A stretch of 64,000 nucleotides of DNA, from IMG/VR virus record IMGVR_UViG_3300008448_010404, positions 7,443 to 71,442 of that record. The stretch is one strand, 5' to 3'. A model generated the notes under the pieces. It was not told the DNA's origin. It saw only the letters and a program-made list of their open reading frames with translations, and ran no database searches. Both the position numbers and the translations under genes were made by a program. The DNA comes from a virus. Below, piece by piece: positions 19,016 through 28,764 of the stretch. Within the stretch, counting starts at the first letter, position 1. Each line of letters opens with the position of its first letter.

Positions 19016-19798
19016 TTAACTTAAATACTTTTGTATAAAATGTCTTGTAGTATACTTATTTAATGCTTTTTCATGTGCCGATTCAATCATAGGTAAATAA
19101 TCATCATAGTTATTTAAAACTGTATTAATCAATCGTTCTAAATCATCACCATCATTATAATATAAGAAATCTTTATTAGGTTCAAACCATTCTTCAATTA
19201 TGTTCCATACATCTCTTTTACAAAGAATTAAACTTTTACAAAAAGCAGCATCAAATGGTCTAGTTTTAATTTGTGGTGTACCAGTACCCGTTAAGCTGTG
19301 TACAATTGTAATTCTAGATTGGCTGATTAAATTAATTTTTTCAGCGTAAGATGGTGATACATTAGTTGTTTTACCGTCATTTCTAAAACTAACAAGTCTA
19401 TAATTAAATTTTGGTATTACATCCAAAATCTCAGTTACATGAGGACCGGTTGCTAACCCACAGTAAATCACATCAAAATGTTTATCAAACTGTTTTGGTA
19501 TGAATTGTTCATTAAAAGGGAAGAAACAATATTCTCTTTTCTCTCTTCCAGTAATACTAGGTGGACAGATTGTAAATATTTTCTCAACTTGGTCAATGCA
19601 ATGGTTTGTCGTATCAATATCCCAAGTTTGTTCTTCAGTTGAGAAGAAATATTTAGGTAAATTTGATGGTTCAAAAACCGCATCATTTGCGTGACCACCA
19701 TAAAAGAAAATACAATCTTTACCTAGGTGAGATAATTCTTCAAACCCTAAATAATTAATAGGGTCTTCACATTGTTGGTGATTTTTAATTACTATCAT
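19016..19798 (-). CDS. Glycosyltransferase, CgeB/Glyco_trans_1_2-like
   Basis: K.RPFDAAFCKSLIL...IEEWFEPNKDFLYY pattern. Confidence 0.7.
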   Translation of the reverse strand: MIVIKNHQQCEDPINYLGFEELSHLGKDCIFFYGGHANDAVFEPSNLPKYFFSTEEQTWDIDTTNHCIDQVEKIFTICPPSITGREKREYCFFPFNEQFIPKQFDKHFDVIYCGLATGPHVTEILDVIPKFNYRLVSFRNDGKTTNVSPSYAEKINLISQSRITIVHSLTGTGTPQIKTRPFDAAFCKSLILCKRDVWNIIEEWFEPNKDFLYYNDGDDLERLINTVLNNYDDYLPMIESAHEKALNKYTTRHFIQKYLS

Positions 19799-20550
19799 CT
19801 ATAATTCCAATTTAATTTAAACAAATGTTTCACTTCAAGGAAAGAACCATATCTGTGATATAAGTTTAAGTTTTTAGTTATTTTATTTTTCATTTCATTT
19901 GTTTCCAATACATAATTTAATGATGTTTCAATCATATGTATTTCAGAAGCATTCTCCAAAACTTTACACCAATCAAAGATACTAAAACCATCGTAAATTC
20001 CCATTTCAACAACTTTTTTACCATAGTGTGATGGGTCATTAGATATATCATTATATGATAGTACTTGAGGTCTCATTTGATAATTTCTATTAACAAATAC
20101 ATACTCTTCACCATCTTTTAATCCTAATACTTCGTAAAACAGTTTATCTTCTTTTTCTTTATTACGATTGAATGTGAAATAATCAGCCCAATCGTCAAAT
20201 GATAAACCTAAGTTAGTATATTTAAAATCCATTATTCTACCTTTTGGTTTTTTAAATCCGTTAATAAAAACAAATTCATCTGTAAAGATATGGTCAGAAT
20301 TTGGGTCATATTTCTCTTTGTAAGGGAAAACAATATTTTCCGGTAATTTATCCTTGTGAGTTAATTTACGTTCTTTATCTCCCCATGAAATAAATTCAAT
20401 ACCATCTATATAATTATTTAACCATTCATATTCATAAACAACAGGGAATACAATTATATACCCCTTTTCAATATATAATTTACATATTTTTTGTAAGAAA
20501 AATATATCACCTAAACCACATGGTTGGTATATTAAACAAATTTTATCCAT
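19795..20550 (-). CDS. Putative GT-B glycosyltransferase, paralog 1 of 3 (QP.GLGDIFF family)
   Basis: QPCGLGDIFFLQ, FDWCKVLENASEIH..ETS. Confidence 0.65.
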   Translation of the reverse strand: MDKICLIYQPCGLGDIFFLQKICKLYIEKGYIIVFPVVYEYEWLNNYIDGIEFISWGDKERKLTHKDKLPENIVFPYKEKYDPNSDHIFTDEFVFINGFKKPKGRIMDFKYTNLGLSFDDWADYFTFNRNKEKEDKLFYEVLGLKDGEEYVFVNRNYQMRPQVLSYNDISNDPSHYGKKVVEMGIYDGFSIFDWCKVLENASEIHMIETSLNYVLETNEMKNKITKNLNLYHRYGSFLEVKHLFKLNWNYR

Positions 20551-21176
20551 TATTTTTTCGGTGTCATTACTAAATACCCTTGATGTCTATGGTCTACTTC
20601 TATATTATGTGTAGCTTCAAATCTACTAATAATATTTGCAGCATCATCATCTTGAATAAGATTTAATGATTTTTGTAATTCACTATATGGCCAATTCTTA
20701 GTATTATTAGCTTCATATGTTAATTCAGGTTGATATAAAAACCAATCATCAATAATAAACACATCATTAGTTATGTCTCTATTTTCTAAGATGATATCCA
20801 CTTCTAATTTAAGTGGTAAAGATTCTTCTTTATATTGAGTGATTGATTCTTCATAAGAAATTTTATGAAAATCCGCACCTGGAAAATGAGCATCCAAAAA
20901 GAATAATACTGACTCATCTTTAGGTAAATTAGGAAGGATGTTATTTTTTAACCCATTTGTTGAATAATCGTTGATAATTTCAACGTTTTCATTTGTTACT
21001 TTTAATCTAGCTTCTCTAGCTAAATCCTCATCTAACTCAACTGAATATAATTTATTGAAATCAAACTTGTTTGCATGAGTTAAACACTCAGCAATTCCAG
21101 TTCCGGTCTCAACATATGTTTTAGTATTATATTTTTCAATAATTGGTGTTAGATTGAATGATGATATTGACCCCAT
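20550..21176 (-). CDS. Class I SAM-dependent methyltransferase-like protein
   Basis: YVETGTG, YSVE, FFLDAH, IIDD. Confidence 0.7.
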   Translation of the reverse strand: MGSISSFNLTPIIEKYNTKTYVETGTGIAECLTHANKFDFNKLYSVELDEDLAREARLKVTNENVEIINDYSTNGLKNNILPNLPKDESVLFFLDAHFPGADFHKISYEESITQYKEESLPLKLEVDIILENRDITNDVFIIDDWFLYQPELTYEANNTKNWPYSELQKSLNLIQDDDAANIISRFEATHNIEVDHRHQGYLVMTPKK

Positions 21177-21194
21177 AATTTAATTTAATTTAAT

Positions 21195-21929
21195 TTAATT
21201 TAAAACTTTATATTCCCACGGAATATTAAAGATGTTAATTATGTTATTTAAATGACTTCCTTTACCACCATCTCTAGGATAGCAATCAAAGAAATCATAA
21301 TTTAATTCTAATTTTTCCAAGATGTATTGAATGGATGTATCTACAGTAATAATACCTGACGCATTTTCTAAAGCTTTACACCAATCCATTAAATTAGTTC
21401 CTTCAATGAACTCCATATCAACTATTTTATATTCACTAGTTGGTATTGGAATATCTAATGTTACAAAGTTTGGTGGTGTACCAAATTTAGTATTTGTCAG
21501 GATATATTTATCACCATCTTTTAAACCTAATATATCATAAAAAAGTTTTTCTTCTCTTTCTTTATTTCTGATAAATGAAAATTCATTAACCCATGTTTTA
21601 TAATCTAAATTTACTAATTTATATTTAGATAACATAAAACCATCTTCAGAACCTACAACTCCATGTGATTGGTCTAAATTGATGTATAAAAAGTCACCAT
21701 TTAAAATAGTTGTATTAAATTGCGAATATCTATCCTTATATGGAAACTGTGAACTTTCATCAACATATGTGATACCTTCAAATGCTAAATAATCTTTTAA
21801 GTACATTAAGTTTGATTTGATAGGGTAAATAACTTTATACCCTAATCTAACATAATGTTTAGCAATCGCTTGACAAAAGAAGATGTCACCGATACCAGCT
21901 GGTTGATATATTAAACAAATTTTATCCAT
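21195..21929 (-). CDS. Putative GT-B glycosyltransferase, paralog 2 of 3
   Basis: QPAGIGDIFFCQ, DWCKALENA..I.TVDTS. Confidence 0.65.
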   Translation of the reverse strand: MDKICLIYQPAGIGDIFFCQAIAKHYVRLGYKVIYPIKSNLMYLKDYLAFEGITYVDESSQFPYKDRYSQFNTTILNGDFLYINLDQSHGVVGSEDGFMLSKYKLVNLDYKTWVNEFSFIRNKEREEKLFYDILGLKDGDKYILTNTKFGTPPNFVTLDIPIPTSEYKIVDMEFIEGTNLMDWCKALENASGIITVDTSIQYILEKLELNYDFFDCYPRDGGKGSHLNNIINIFNIPWEYKVLN

Positions 21930-22287
21930 TTTTACTTAATTTTTCATATCCTATTTTAACTTCCATTAATTCACTGTTAAAATATTTAGTTTGTAGATTA
22001 ATTTTACAAATCATTCTCCGATAATTACATTCATCAACATAACTAGCTAAAACATCATCAGTTTTTGCTTTATCAACCGCATTAAATGTTAATTCATTAG
22101 CTTCAAATAATTCTTTATATTCATTTGAATTAAGTATTTCTTCAACCAACTCTTTACCAATTTGTTCAATTAAGTCAGCTTTAACAACATCAACAGTTTC
22201 TTTTGGAATATAATTATTTCTCAATTTTAAATCCAAAATGCAATAATAATCAAAAGCATACGCTTCGTCTACATTAATTTTTACCAT
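21922..22287 (-). CDS. Helical hypothetical protein of the glycan cluster
   Basis: ATG 22287 (MVKINVDEAYAFD); overlaps the gmd stop. Confidence 0.65.
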   Translation of the reverse strand: MVKINVDEAYAFDYYCILDLKLRNNYIPKETVDVVKADLIEQIGKELVEEILNSNEYKELFEANELTFNAVDKAKTDDVLASYVDECNYRRMICKINLQTKYFNSELMEVKIGYEKLSKNG

Positions 22288-23254
22288 ACATTTCTTTATA
22301 ATATTCAATCATTTCATCAATCATAGTTTCAAAACTATAAGATGGTTCCCAATTTATAACTGTTCTTAATTTAGTTGAGTCACCTTTTAAATGTTTAGTT
22401 TCTTCTGGTCGACTGAAATTTTCATCAATAACAACGTAATCTCTATAATCAAGCCCTAATCTTTTAAATGTATGGTCACATAAATCTTTAATTGTGTGAT
22501 TAATACCTGTAGCACAAATGAAATCATCCGGTTCATCATGTTGTAGAATCATCCACATAGCCTTTACATAATCTTTAGCATGACCCCAATCACGAGAACT
22601 AGATAAAGTACCTAACGATAATTTATCAGTTAATCCTAATGATATTTTAACCGCCTCTCTAACTACTTTACTAGTTACAAAATTTTCACCTCTTCTTGGT
22701 GATTCATGGTTAAATAAAATACCATTTGAAATAAATAACTGATAAGCGTTTCTATAGTTAACACACATATTATGTGCGAAAAGTTTAGAAACCGCATATG
22801 GATTAGCAGGTTTAAATGGTGTAGTTTCTCTTTGAAAACCATCATTGTCAATTGAGTTACCAAACATTTCTGATGTACTAGCTTGATATATTCTAGCATT
22901 TGGTGCGTAATGTCTTACAGCTTCTAATAAGTTTAAAACACCTACAGCCGTAATGTTTGCAGTTAAGATTGGATTCTCATAACTAACTTTAACATGTGAC
23001 TGTGCTGCTAAGTTATAAATCTCATGTGGTTGACATCTTAATAAGATATTTTGAAGTGAACTTAAATCAGTTAAGTCACCATAAATCAAATTAACTTTAT
23101 CTTTTATTTCATCTATTTTAGTTAGATTATGTGAGTCAGTTGAATGTCTTCTAATGATACCCCATACCTCATAATCTTTTTCTAGTAAAAACTCAGCAAG
23201 ATATGAACCATCTTGTCCTGTGATACCAGTGATTAACGCTCTTTTTTTACCCAT
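22274..23254 (-). CDS. gmd: GDP-mannose 4,6-dehydratase
   Basis: ALITGITGQDGSYLAE, YNLAAQSHV, YQASTSE, PYAVSK, GILFNHESPRRG..FVT, RDWGHA.DYV. Confidence 0.97.
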   Translation of the reverse strand: MGKKRALITGITGQDGSYLAEFLLEKDYEVWGIIRRHSTDSHNLTKIDEIKDKVNLIYGDLTDLSSLQNILLRCQPHEIYNLAAQSHVKVSYENPILTANITAVGVLNLLEAVRHYAPNARIYQASTSEMFGNSIDNDGFQRETTPFKPANPYAVSKLFAHNMCVNYRNAYQLFISNGILFNHESPRRGENFVTSKVVREAVKISLGLTDKLSLGTLSSSRDWGHAKDYVKAMWMILQHDEPDDFICATGINHTIKDLCDHTFKRLGLDYRDYVVIDENFSRPEETKHLKGDSTKLRTVINWEPSYSFETMIDEMIEYYKEMYGKN

Positions 23255-23275
23255 CTTTAAAAATTTTAGTATTTA

Positions 23276-23767
23276 TTATTTTTCACACATAACCATGAAA
23301 GCGTTATTTAAATCAATCTCACCAACAAAGATATTTTTATAACCTTTGTGTGTTAAGTAATCACGTATAATTGTTTGTGTAAAAATGTTTACATGTTTTT
23401 TATTATTCCATGGTCTCCAATATTCTTGAGAATAATCCGGTAAATATAAGAATAAAGTCCCACCTTCATTTAACGTATCATACCAATAATCCATTACATC
23501 AACCCAATTGTTGATATGTTCTAAACAATGGCTAGAGAAAATATAATCAACTCCCTTTGTTGGTAAATTTAATGCGTGATAATCATCATCAAAAGATAAG
23601 TCAATTGGAATTGAAGAAGGGAATGACCATTCTTTTTTCATACATCCTATATCGTATCCAATCCCTTTACATACGTGTAATGCGTAAGGTATTGCAAATT
23701 GTGATGCGTTACCTTCAGTTTGAAATTTAGGATAGTTAGTACCCTTGTACTCGATTACATCTATCAT
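23276..23767 (-). CDS. SAM-dependent methyltransferase (Methyltransf_11-like)
   Basis: GYDIGC, DYIFSSHCLEH, L..GG.LFLYLP. Confidence 0.8.
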   Translation of the reverse strand: MIDVIEYKGTNYPKFQTEGNASQFAIPYALHVCKGIGYDIGCMKKEWSFPSSIPIDLSFDDDYHALNLPTKGVDYIFSSHCLEHINNWVDVMDYWYDTLNEGGTLFLYLPDYSQEYWRPWNNKKHVNIFTQTIIRDYLTHKGYKNIFVGEIDLNNAFMVMCEK

Positions 23768-23779
23768 ATTTTTTTTTTA

Positions 23780-23811
23780 ATAAATATGACCCTTAACTTT
23801 TTATAAGTAAA
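23780..23811 (-). promoter_or_regulatory. Overlapping TTTACT-N17-CATATT and TATTTAT elements
   Basis: Minus strand GACTTTACT..GTCATATTTATT upstream of ATG 23767. Confidence 0.4.
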
Positions 23812-23814
23812 GTC

Positions 23815-24510
23815 TTAACCAATCCAGCACCAATTTTTTTTAAATAAATTACCTAAACATTTTAATATGTGGTCAGGGTGTCTAGGATATAGACATAAGT
23901 TATTAGATTTAAGTTCTAAAGTTTCAATAACATAATTTATTGACGTATCTACAGTGTGTATTTCAGTCGCATTTTCTATAACTTTACACCAATCAAACAA
24001 TGTAAAACCACCAATAAAACCTAATTCAATAACTCTAAGTGATTTATCAATAATACTTTTACCAACATCACCTCTATATTGGTTAAGACCATACATTTTA
24101 TTAATTAGAATATATTTATCACCGTCATTTAACCCTAATACCTCATAGAATAATTTTTCTTCTTTTTCAGTATTACGCTCTATTTTTAAATAGTCAACCC
24201 AATCAGTCCAATCTATTGAATGTAATTCATCGTCTAAATGATTTAATGTTTTACCAATCATATCATATTTACACGTCATAATATCGTATGGGTGATTAGA
24301 TTCAATAGAATGTTTAAGAACTAATTGTAATGTAGGTTCTGAACTTGTAGACCATGATAACCCTTCTTTTTTAATATATTCATTAATCCATGAATATCTA
24401 TCCACCGGCCAATAAACTTGATGACCATGTTCAATTAATTTATACGCTATTTTCTGACAAAAAAGTATATCCCCTAATCCTGCCGGTTGTAATATTGTTA
24501 CTTTAGCCAT
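23815..24510 (-). CDS. Putative GT-B glycosyltransferase, paralog 3 of 3
   Basis: QPAGLGDILFCQ, FDWCKVIENATEIHTVDTS. Confidence 0.65.
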   Translation of the reverse strand: MAKVTILQPAGLGDILFCQKIAYKLIEHGHQVYWPVDRYSWINEYIKKEGLSWSTSSEPTLQLVLKHSIESNHPYDIMTCKYDMIGKTLNHLDDELHSIDWTDWVDYLKIERNTEKEEKLFYEVLGLNDGDKYILINKMYGLNQYRGDVGKSIIDKSLRVIELGFIGGFTLFDWCKVIENATEIHTVDTSINYVIETLELKSNNLCLYPRHPDHILKCLGNLFKKNWCWIG

Positions 24511-25277
24511 TTTTCAAAAATAATATCTTCAATAACATCATATTTTATAGCTCTATTGAAGTTATCTTTTACAGCATCAAGTCTATCATAATAATCTTTT
24601 TCAGTTATCTTTGTTATATCAAAATTATCATTTAATAAAATGATACCATCCATATTAAAGTAATCACCAATATCTGGTGAACCATAATAAATAGGAATTG
24701 TACCACTAGCAAAACAATCTAAAATCTTTTCAGACCAATATGTTGGATAACTATCATTCTCAATTGTAACTGAGAACATATAATCACACAGTGCTGTTTC
24801 TTTTTTACTGACATAATTAAATCCACTACCAAATAAGTCAACAAAACCATTTAATTTGTTTACCCAATCTAATCTATGTTGATATCCTTTATTTGATGAT
24901 ATCATCGAAACTAGTTTTGTTTTTTCATAAATTTTAGGTGTCTCAATCCAAAAACCGTGAGGTGGTAAATAAACAAAATTATCCGCTAATTCATATATTT
25001 CTTTATTATGTGTAAATAATATCTCATATTCTTTAGATATTTTTTCCCAATTATTTTTTACAAAATTAACATCATTAGGGTTTATTACTCTAGACTCTAA
25101 TAACCACGCAAATTTACGTTTACAATTCACAGTTAACCCATGCTCAATACCTTCATCAACAAAAAATGTAATATCTTCAATATTATTTTTTGACCAAATA
25201 AAATGTGATGGGTGTTTCCATAGTGTTGATGAATTTGAATGATGGAAACCCCCTCCTATTAACCCAATTTTTATCAT
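24498..25277 (-). CDS. GT10 alpha-1,3-fucosyltransferase-like protein
   Basis: YMFSVTIEN....YWSEKILDCF..GTIPIYYG is the GT10 motif. Confidence 0.85.
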   Translation of the reverse strand: MIKIGLIGGGFHHSNSSTLWKHPSHFIWSKNNIEDITFFVDEGIEHGLTVNCKRKFAWLLESRVINPNDVNFVKNNWEKISKEYEILFTHNKEIYELADNFVYLPPHGFWIETPKIYEKTKLVSMISSNKGYQHRLDWVNKLNGFVDLFGSGFNYVSKKETALCDYMFSVTIENDSYPTYWSEKILDCFASGTIPIYYGSPDIGDYFNMDGIILLNDNFDITKITEKDYYDRLDAVKDNFNRAIKYDVIEDIIFEKWLK

Positions 25278-25278
25278 A

Positions 25279-26100
25279 TTATTCTTTAATTAATAATTCA
25301 CCATTAACATTTTCTAATTCAATAATTTTCCAATTTTCTTCAAAAATATCACTAAAATTATTAGGACCATCTGAGGCAAACCATATTGATGGTGCGAAAA
25401 CTTGTTTATTATTATTTTTATTTAAAAATGCACCCCACCATGAAAATGTTGAGTTTGATATTATGTTATTTTTACATAACGACATTAACCATAATTCTTC
25501 ATAATCTAATAAACCATCAACATATATGATATTCTCATGTTTAATATTATTTTTTACCCATTCTTTATCATCACTAAAGCAAAAGATATAGTCTTTATTT
25601 TCAATCATGCTTAAACATTTATCAACATATGATGTTGATACCACAGGATGTACATTTGGGAATGAAAGATAGTCCCCCCTTCTAACATGTATTGATACTG
25701 TATTATTATTATTTAGTTGTGGGTATTTATCATAAATTTTAGATAAAAAATCATCATTAGGTGAAAATAAATCTATAATTTCATTATCAAATCCTAAAAA
25801 ATTTTTACTACTCTGAAAATACCCATGAAATATTGTATTACTTTCTAAGGGATTAATTTCATTATAATGCCAATCATTAGAATAAACAAAGTTCAAATCA
25901 TTAATTTTGTTAACAAAATTTAATTTTGAAAAAATATTCTGAACATAAGTATTAACATTATTACCCTGTAAATTAGTTTGCGATTCATTAAAAAAAACCG
26001 CCGGTCTATTATGTTTTAATGATTGAGAATATACGTGAGCGGCTTGAAACATTTGGTTCCCTAAACCCCCCATAAATTGACATGTAATTATTTTTTCCAT
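25279..26100 (-). CDS. GT11 alpha-1,2-fucosyltransferase-like protein
   Basis: GGLGNQMFQ, GYFQS, IHVRRGDY, FSDD, NSTFSWWGA. Confidence 0.92.
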   Translation of the reverse strand: MEKIITCQFMGGLGNQMFQAAHVYSQSLKHNRPAVFFNESQTNLQGNNVNTYVQNIFSKLNFVNKINDLNFVYSNDWHYNEINPLESNTIFHGYFQSSKNFLGFDNEIIDLFSPNDDFLSKIYDKYPQLNNNNTVSIHVRRGDYLSFPNVHPVVSTSYVDKCLSMIENKDYIFCFSDDKEWVKNNIKHENIIYVDGLLDYEELWLMSLCKNNIISNSTFSWWGAFLNKNNNKQVFAPSIWFASDGPNNFSDIFEENWKIIELENVNGELLIKE

Positions 26101-26110
26101 ATAGTATATA

Positions 26111-26138
26111 ATTTTATATAAAATTTATAAAATGTAAA
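26111..26138 (-). promoter_or_regulatory. Sigma70-like promoter TTTACA-N16-TAAAAT
   Basis: Fills the 39-nt gap upstream of the GT11 gene. Confidence 0.4.
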
Positions 26139-26139
26139 G

Positions 26140-26769
26140 TTATTTAATTAACCAATTATAATCAACAATCTGTTTTTGAATGTCTGAATACCCACTTTGT
26201 TGTTTTGCAACTCCAGGATAAAATGAATAAACATTATATTTTTTCTGTAGTTCAGAATAAATAACATCAATTTGTTTATCATAATTTTTTAATAAAGGAA
26301 TTATAACATCAAATAAATTTGATTTAATTCCAACCATATGAGCAGAATATGTGTTATGTAATTTAACAACATAATCATTTATATGTATAGGGGGTTTAAT
26401 ATTCATATGTGTATTATGGTTACCTCCGAAATATAACATATCCCAATCATCAGGAACAAATTTCATAAACTCATTAATTTTTACAATATCCTCAGTAAAG
26501 TAACAATCATCTTCAATTATTAATACATTATTAAATTTGTTTTTTTTTGATTCATTTAAAATATTAATATTTGTTTCAATAATACCAATCTCCCCATCTA
26601 GTAATCTTGAATTTATATTTTCACGGATAGATGAACCTAATATAGCGTCATATCTTTCATAATTACCTAAATCAAATTTGATAACCTCATTATTAAATGA
26701 GGTTAATCTGTCTTCTCTATGTTTTAGATTAATACAGTATGTTTTATCAAATAAGTCAAACAATTTCAT
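26140..26769 (-). CDS. GT25 glycosyltransferase
   Basis: YCINLKHREDR, LIIEDD, WDMLYFG; ATG 26769. Confidence 0.85.
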   Translation of the reverse strand: MKLFDLFDKTYCINLKHREDRLTSFNNEVIKFDLGNYERYDAILGSSIRENINSRLLDGEIGIIETNINILNESKKNKFNNVLIIEDDCYFTEDIVKINEFMKFVPDDWDMLYFGGNHNTHMNIKPPIHINDYVVKLHNTYSAHMVGIKSNLFDVIIPLLKNYDKQIDVIYSELQKKYNVYSFYPGVAKQQSGYSDIQKQIVDYNWLIK

Positions 26770-28147
26770 TTTTAAAATTTTTACTAATAATTTTATTATA
26801 TAAGTCAACATGGTTTTTATTAGCATCAGTCGATACCGTCCCATCATTTTCATGATGAAAATACGTAAATAACGGTTTTGGTATTCTTTTACCAACATAA
26901 CCATTTAATCCCATCCTAATCCATAAATCATAATCTTCCCATCCCTTTAAATTATTATCATAACCATCACAAATATCAAATGCGTTTCTATGAAACATTG
27001 AACAATTAACAATAAAAGGTCCTTTAATTAATCTATCCATAGACCATTCAGGTCTTTGTTCAACACCTTGTAGTTCACCAATATGTTGTGTATCACAATA
27101 AACAGGACTTATATTTTTATTGTTTTTTAATATTGTTACACAAGACTGTATGTATTCAGGTTGAATCATATCATCAGCATCTAATGGTAAAATAAAATCA
27201 CCGGTGGAGTTTCTAATACCGTTATTTCTAGCGGATGAAGGACCTTGATTTTCTTGATACACAACTTTAATGTTTTGGTGATTAATACTTTCTAGTTTTT
27301 TTAAAGTATATTCATCAGTTGACCCATCATTTACGATTACAATTTCAATATTTTTATAGTTAGATTCAAATACCGATTGTAACGTTTTTTCAAATTGTTT
27401 ACCGTAATTATAAATTGGTATAATAACACTAACTAATGGTAATTTTTTATTAATTTTTAAATCAGGATAATATGAAGGTAATTTTATAGGTAAATGTTCT
27501 TTATATTTTTCCGATAACTTTTGTCTATTACTTTCCCATTCTGAATTTGTCATACCAATTGACAAGTGAGTTAATGAAACGTTAGATATTGTCCCAATTT
27601 TAACACCTTCCAAATGATTAGACAAACAAAAAGAAATATCATAAAAATGAAATCCTTTAAATGTTTCATCAAAATTTGTTTTTAAATTTGATTTTTTAAC
27701 TGAAAAAAATACACCATCAACAACAACCGAATCAATCACTTTAGACCCAAATGGTTTATTATACTCACTAAGCCATCTTTTACCATCTTTTTGATGGTAT
27801 ACTTGACCAACCATTTCACCAGTAATTTCCCACCACATACATGATTTGGGTAAATAAGATATTCCCGCAACTCCTAAAATACCATAATCAGGTTTTTTGG
27901 TATGATGTTCTAATATTCGTTTACCCCAATATTTTTGGTTAAAAATAACATCATTGTGACAAAAAATAACAATATCATTTTTTGACTCAGATAACCCTTT
28001 GTTATAAATTTCCGTTAAACTATATTGATTATAGTTTTCATATTCTAAGATTTCCACATCATTTAAACCAACAGTATCTAATAAATGTTGACGGAAGTTA
28101 GTGTTATATTTTAAATCTTTATGTGTTGAGTATACTATTGTAATCAT
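26756..28147 (-). CDS. Two-domain GT2 glycosyltransferase
   Basis: N-domain YNKGL..IFCHNDV..VVDG..FHFYD; C-domain VSVIIPIYN, VNDGSTD, ARNNGI, LDADD, WEDYDLW. Confidence 0.88.
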   Translation of the reverse strand: MITIVYSTHKDLKYNTNFRQHLLDTVGLNDVEILEYENYNQYSLTEIYNKGLSESKNDIVIFCHNDVIFNQKYWGKRILEHHTKKPDYGILGVAGISYLPKSCMWWEITGEMVGQVYHQKDGKRWLSEYNKPFGSKVIDSVVVDGVFFSVKKSNLKTNFDETFKGFHFYDISFCLSNHLEGVKIGTISNVSLTHLSIGMTNSEWESNRQKLSEKYKEHLPIKLPSYYPDLKINKKLPLVSVIIPIYNYGKQFEKTLQSVFESNYKNIEIVIVNDGSTDEYTLKKLESINHQNIKVVYQENQGPSSARNNGIRNSTGDFILPLDADDMIQPEYIQSCVTILKNNKNISPVYCDTQHIGELQGVEQRPEWSMDRLIKGPFIVNCSMFHRNAFDICDGYDNNLKGWEDYDLWIRMGLNGYVGKRIPKPLFTYFHHENDGTVSTDANKNHVDLYNKIISKNFKNEIV

Positions 28148-28149
28148 AA

Positions 28150-28764
28150 TTAAATCCCTGTTGAACCAAACCCGTTTTCACCACGTTCTTTTTCATTTAT
28201 AACTGATTGTTCAGTTAAATTAACCCATTTTCCATTAACCACGGGGCAAAGTACTGCCTGACCAACTTTCATACCTTTAGGTATTGTTACTGAATAATTG
28301 TTAGTGTTGAACACAATTACTTGAACTTCACCTGTATACCCGTTATCCACCGTTCCTGGTGAATTTAAAACCATTAACCCTTGTTTAATTGCTAAACCAC
28401 TTTTAGACCTAACTTGGATTTCATAGCCATCTTTAATATCAAAAGATAATCCTGTCGGAACTAAAATTCTACCAAACGGAGGAATTTCTAAATCTTCAAC
28501 AGAATGTAAATCAAATCCCGAATCACTTACATAATTATACTTAGGTGTAACCGCATCATGGTTTAATACACGATAACCTAAATCTAATTTTGGGGTGTAA
28601 TTTTCAAAATCTCTTTCTAATTCTTCTAAATCAATACCATATTCTCTTAATTGGTCATTGAACATTTGTTTAGTACTTTCAATATCCGAGTCATCGTATT
28701 TACTTAACATATCGTTAATTTCATCCGGAGAGAAAAAACTTTCAAAGTGTTTATTTAAATCCAT
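28150..28764 (-). CDS. dut: Trimeric dUTPase with an acidic N-terminal extension
   Basis: SGFDL, RSKSGLA, GTVDNGYTGE, GQAV, RGENGFGSTG. Confidence 0.93.
   Translation of the reverse strand: MDLNKHFESFFSPDEINDMLSKYDDSDIESTKQMFNDQLREYGIDLEELERDFENYTPKLDLGYRVLNHDAVTPKYNYVSDSGFDLHSVEDLEIPPFGRILVPTGLSFDIKDGYEIQVRSKSGLAIKQGLMVLNSPGTVDNGYTGEVQVIVFNTNNYSVTIPKGMKVGQAVLCPVVNGKWVNLTEQSVINEKERGENGFGSTGI

Noticed and set aside
23270-23276. Plus-strand TATTTAT at 23270 (and 12629) as promoters
   Set aside because: Wrong orientation for the local genes and overlapping stop codons; illustrates the chance background of this heptamer.
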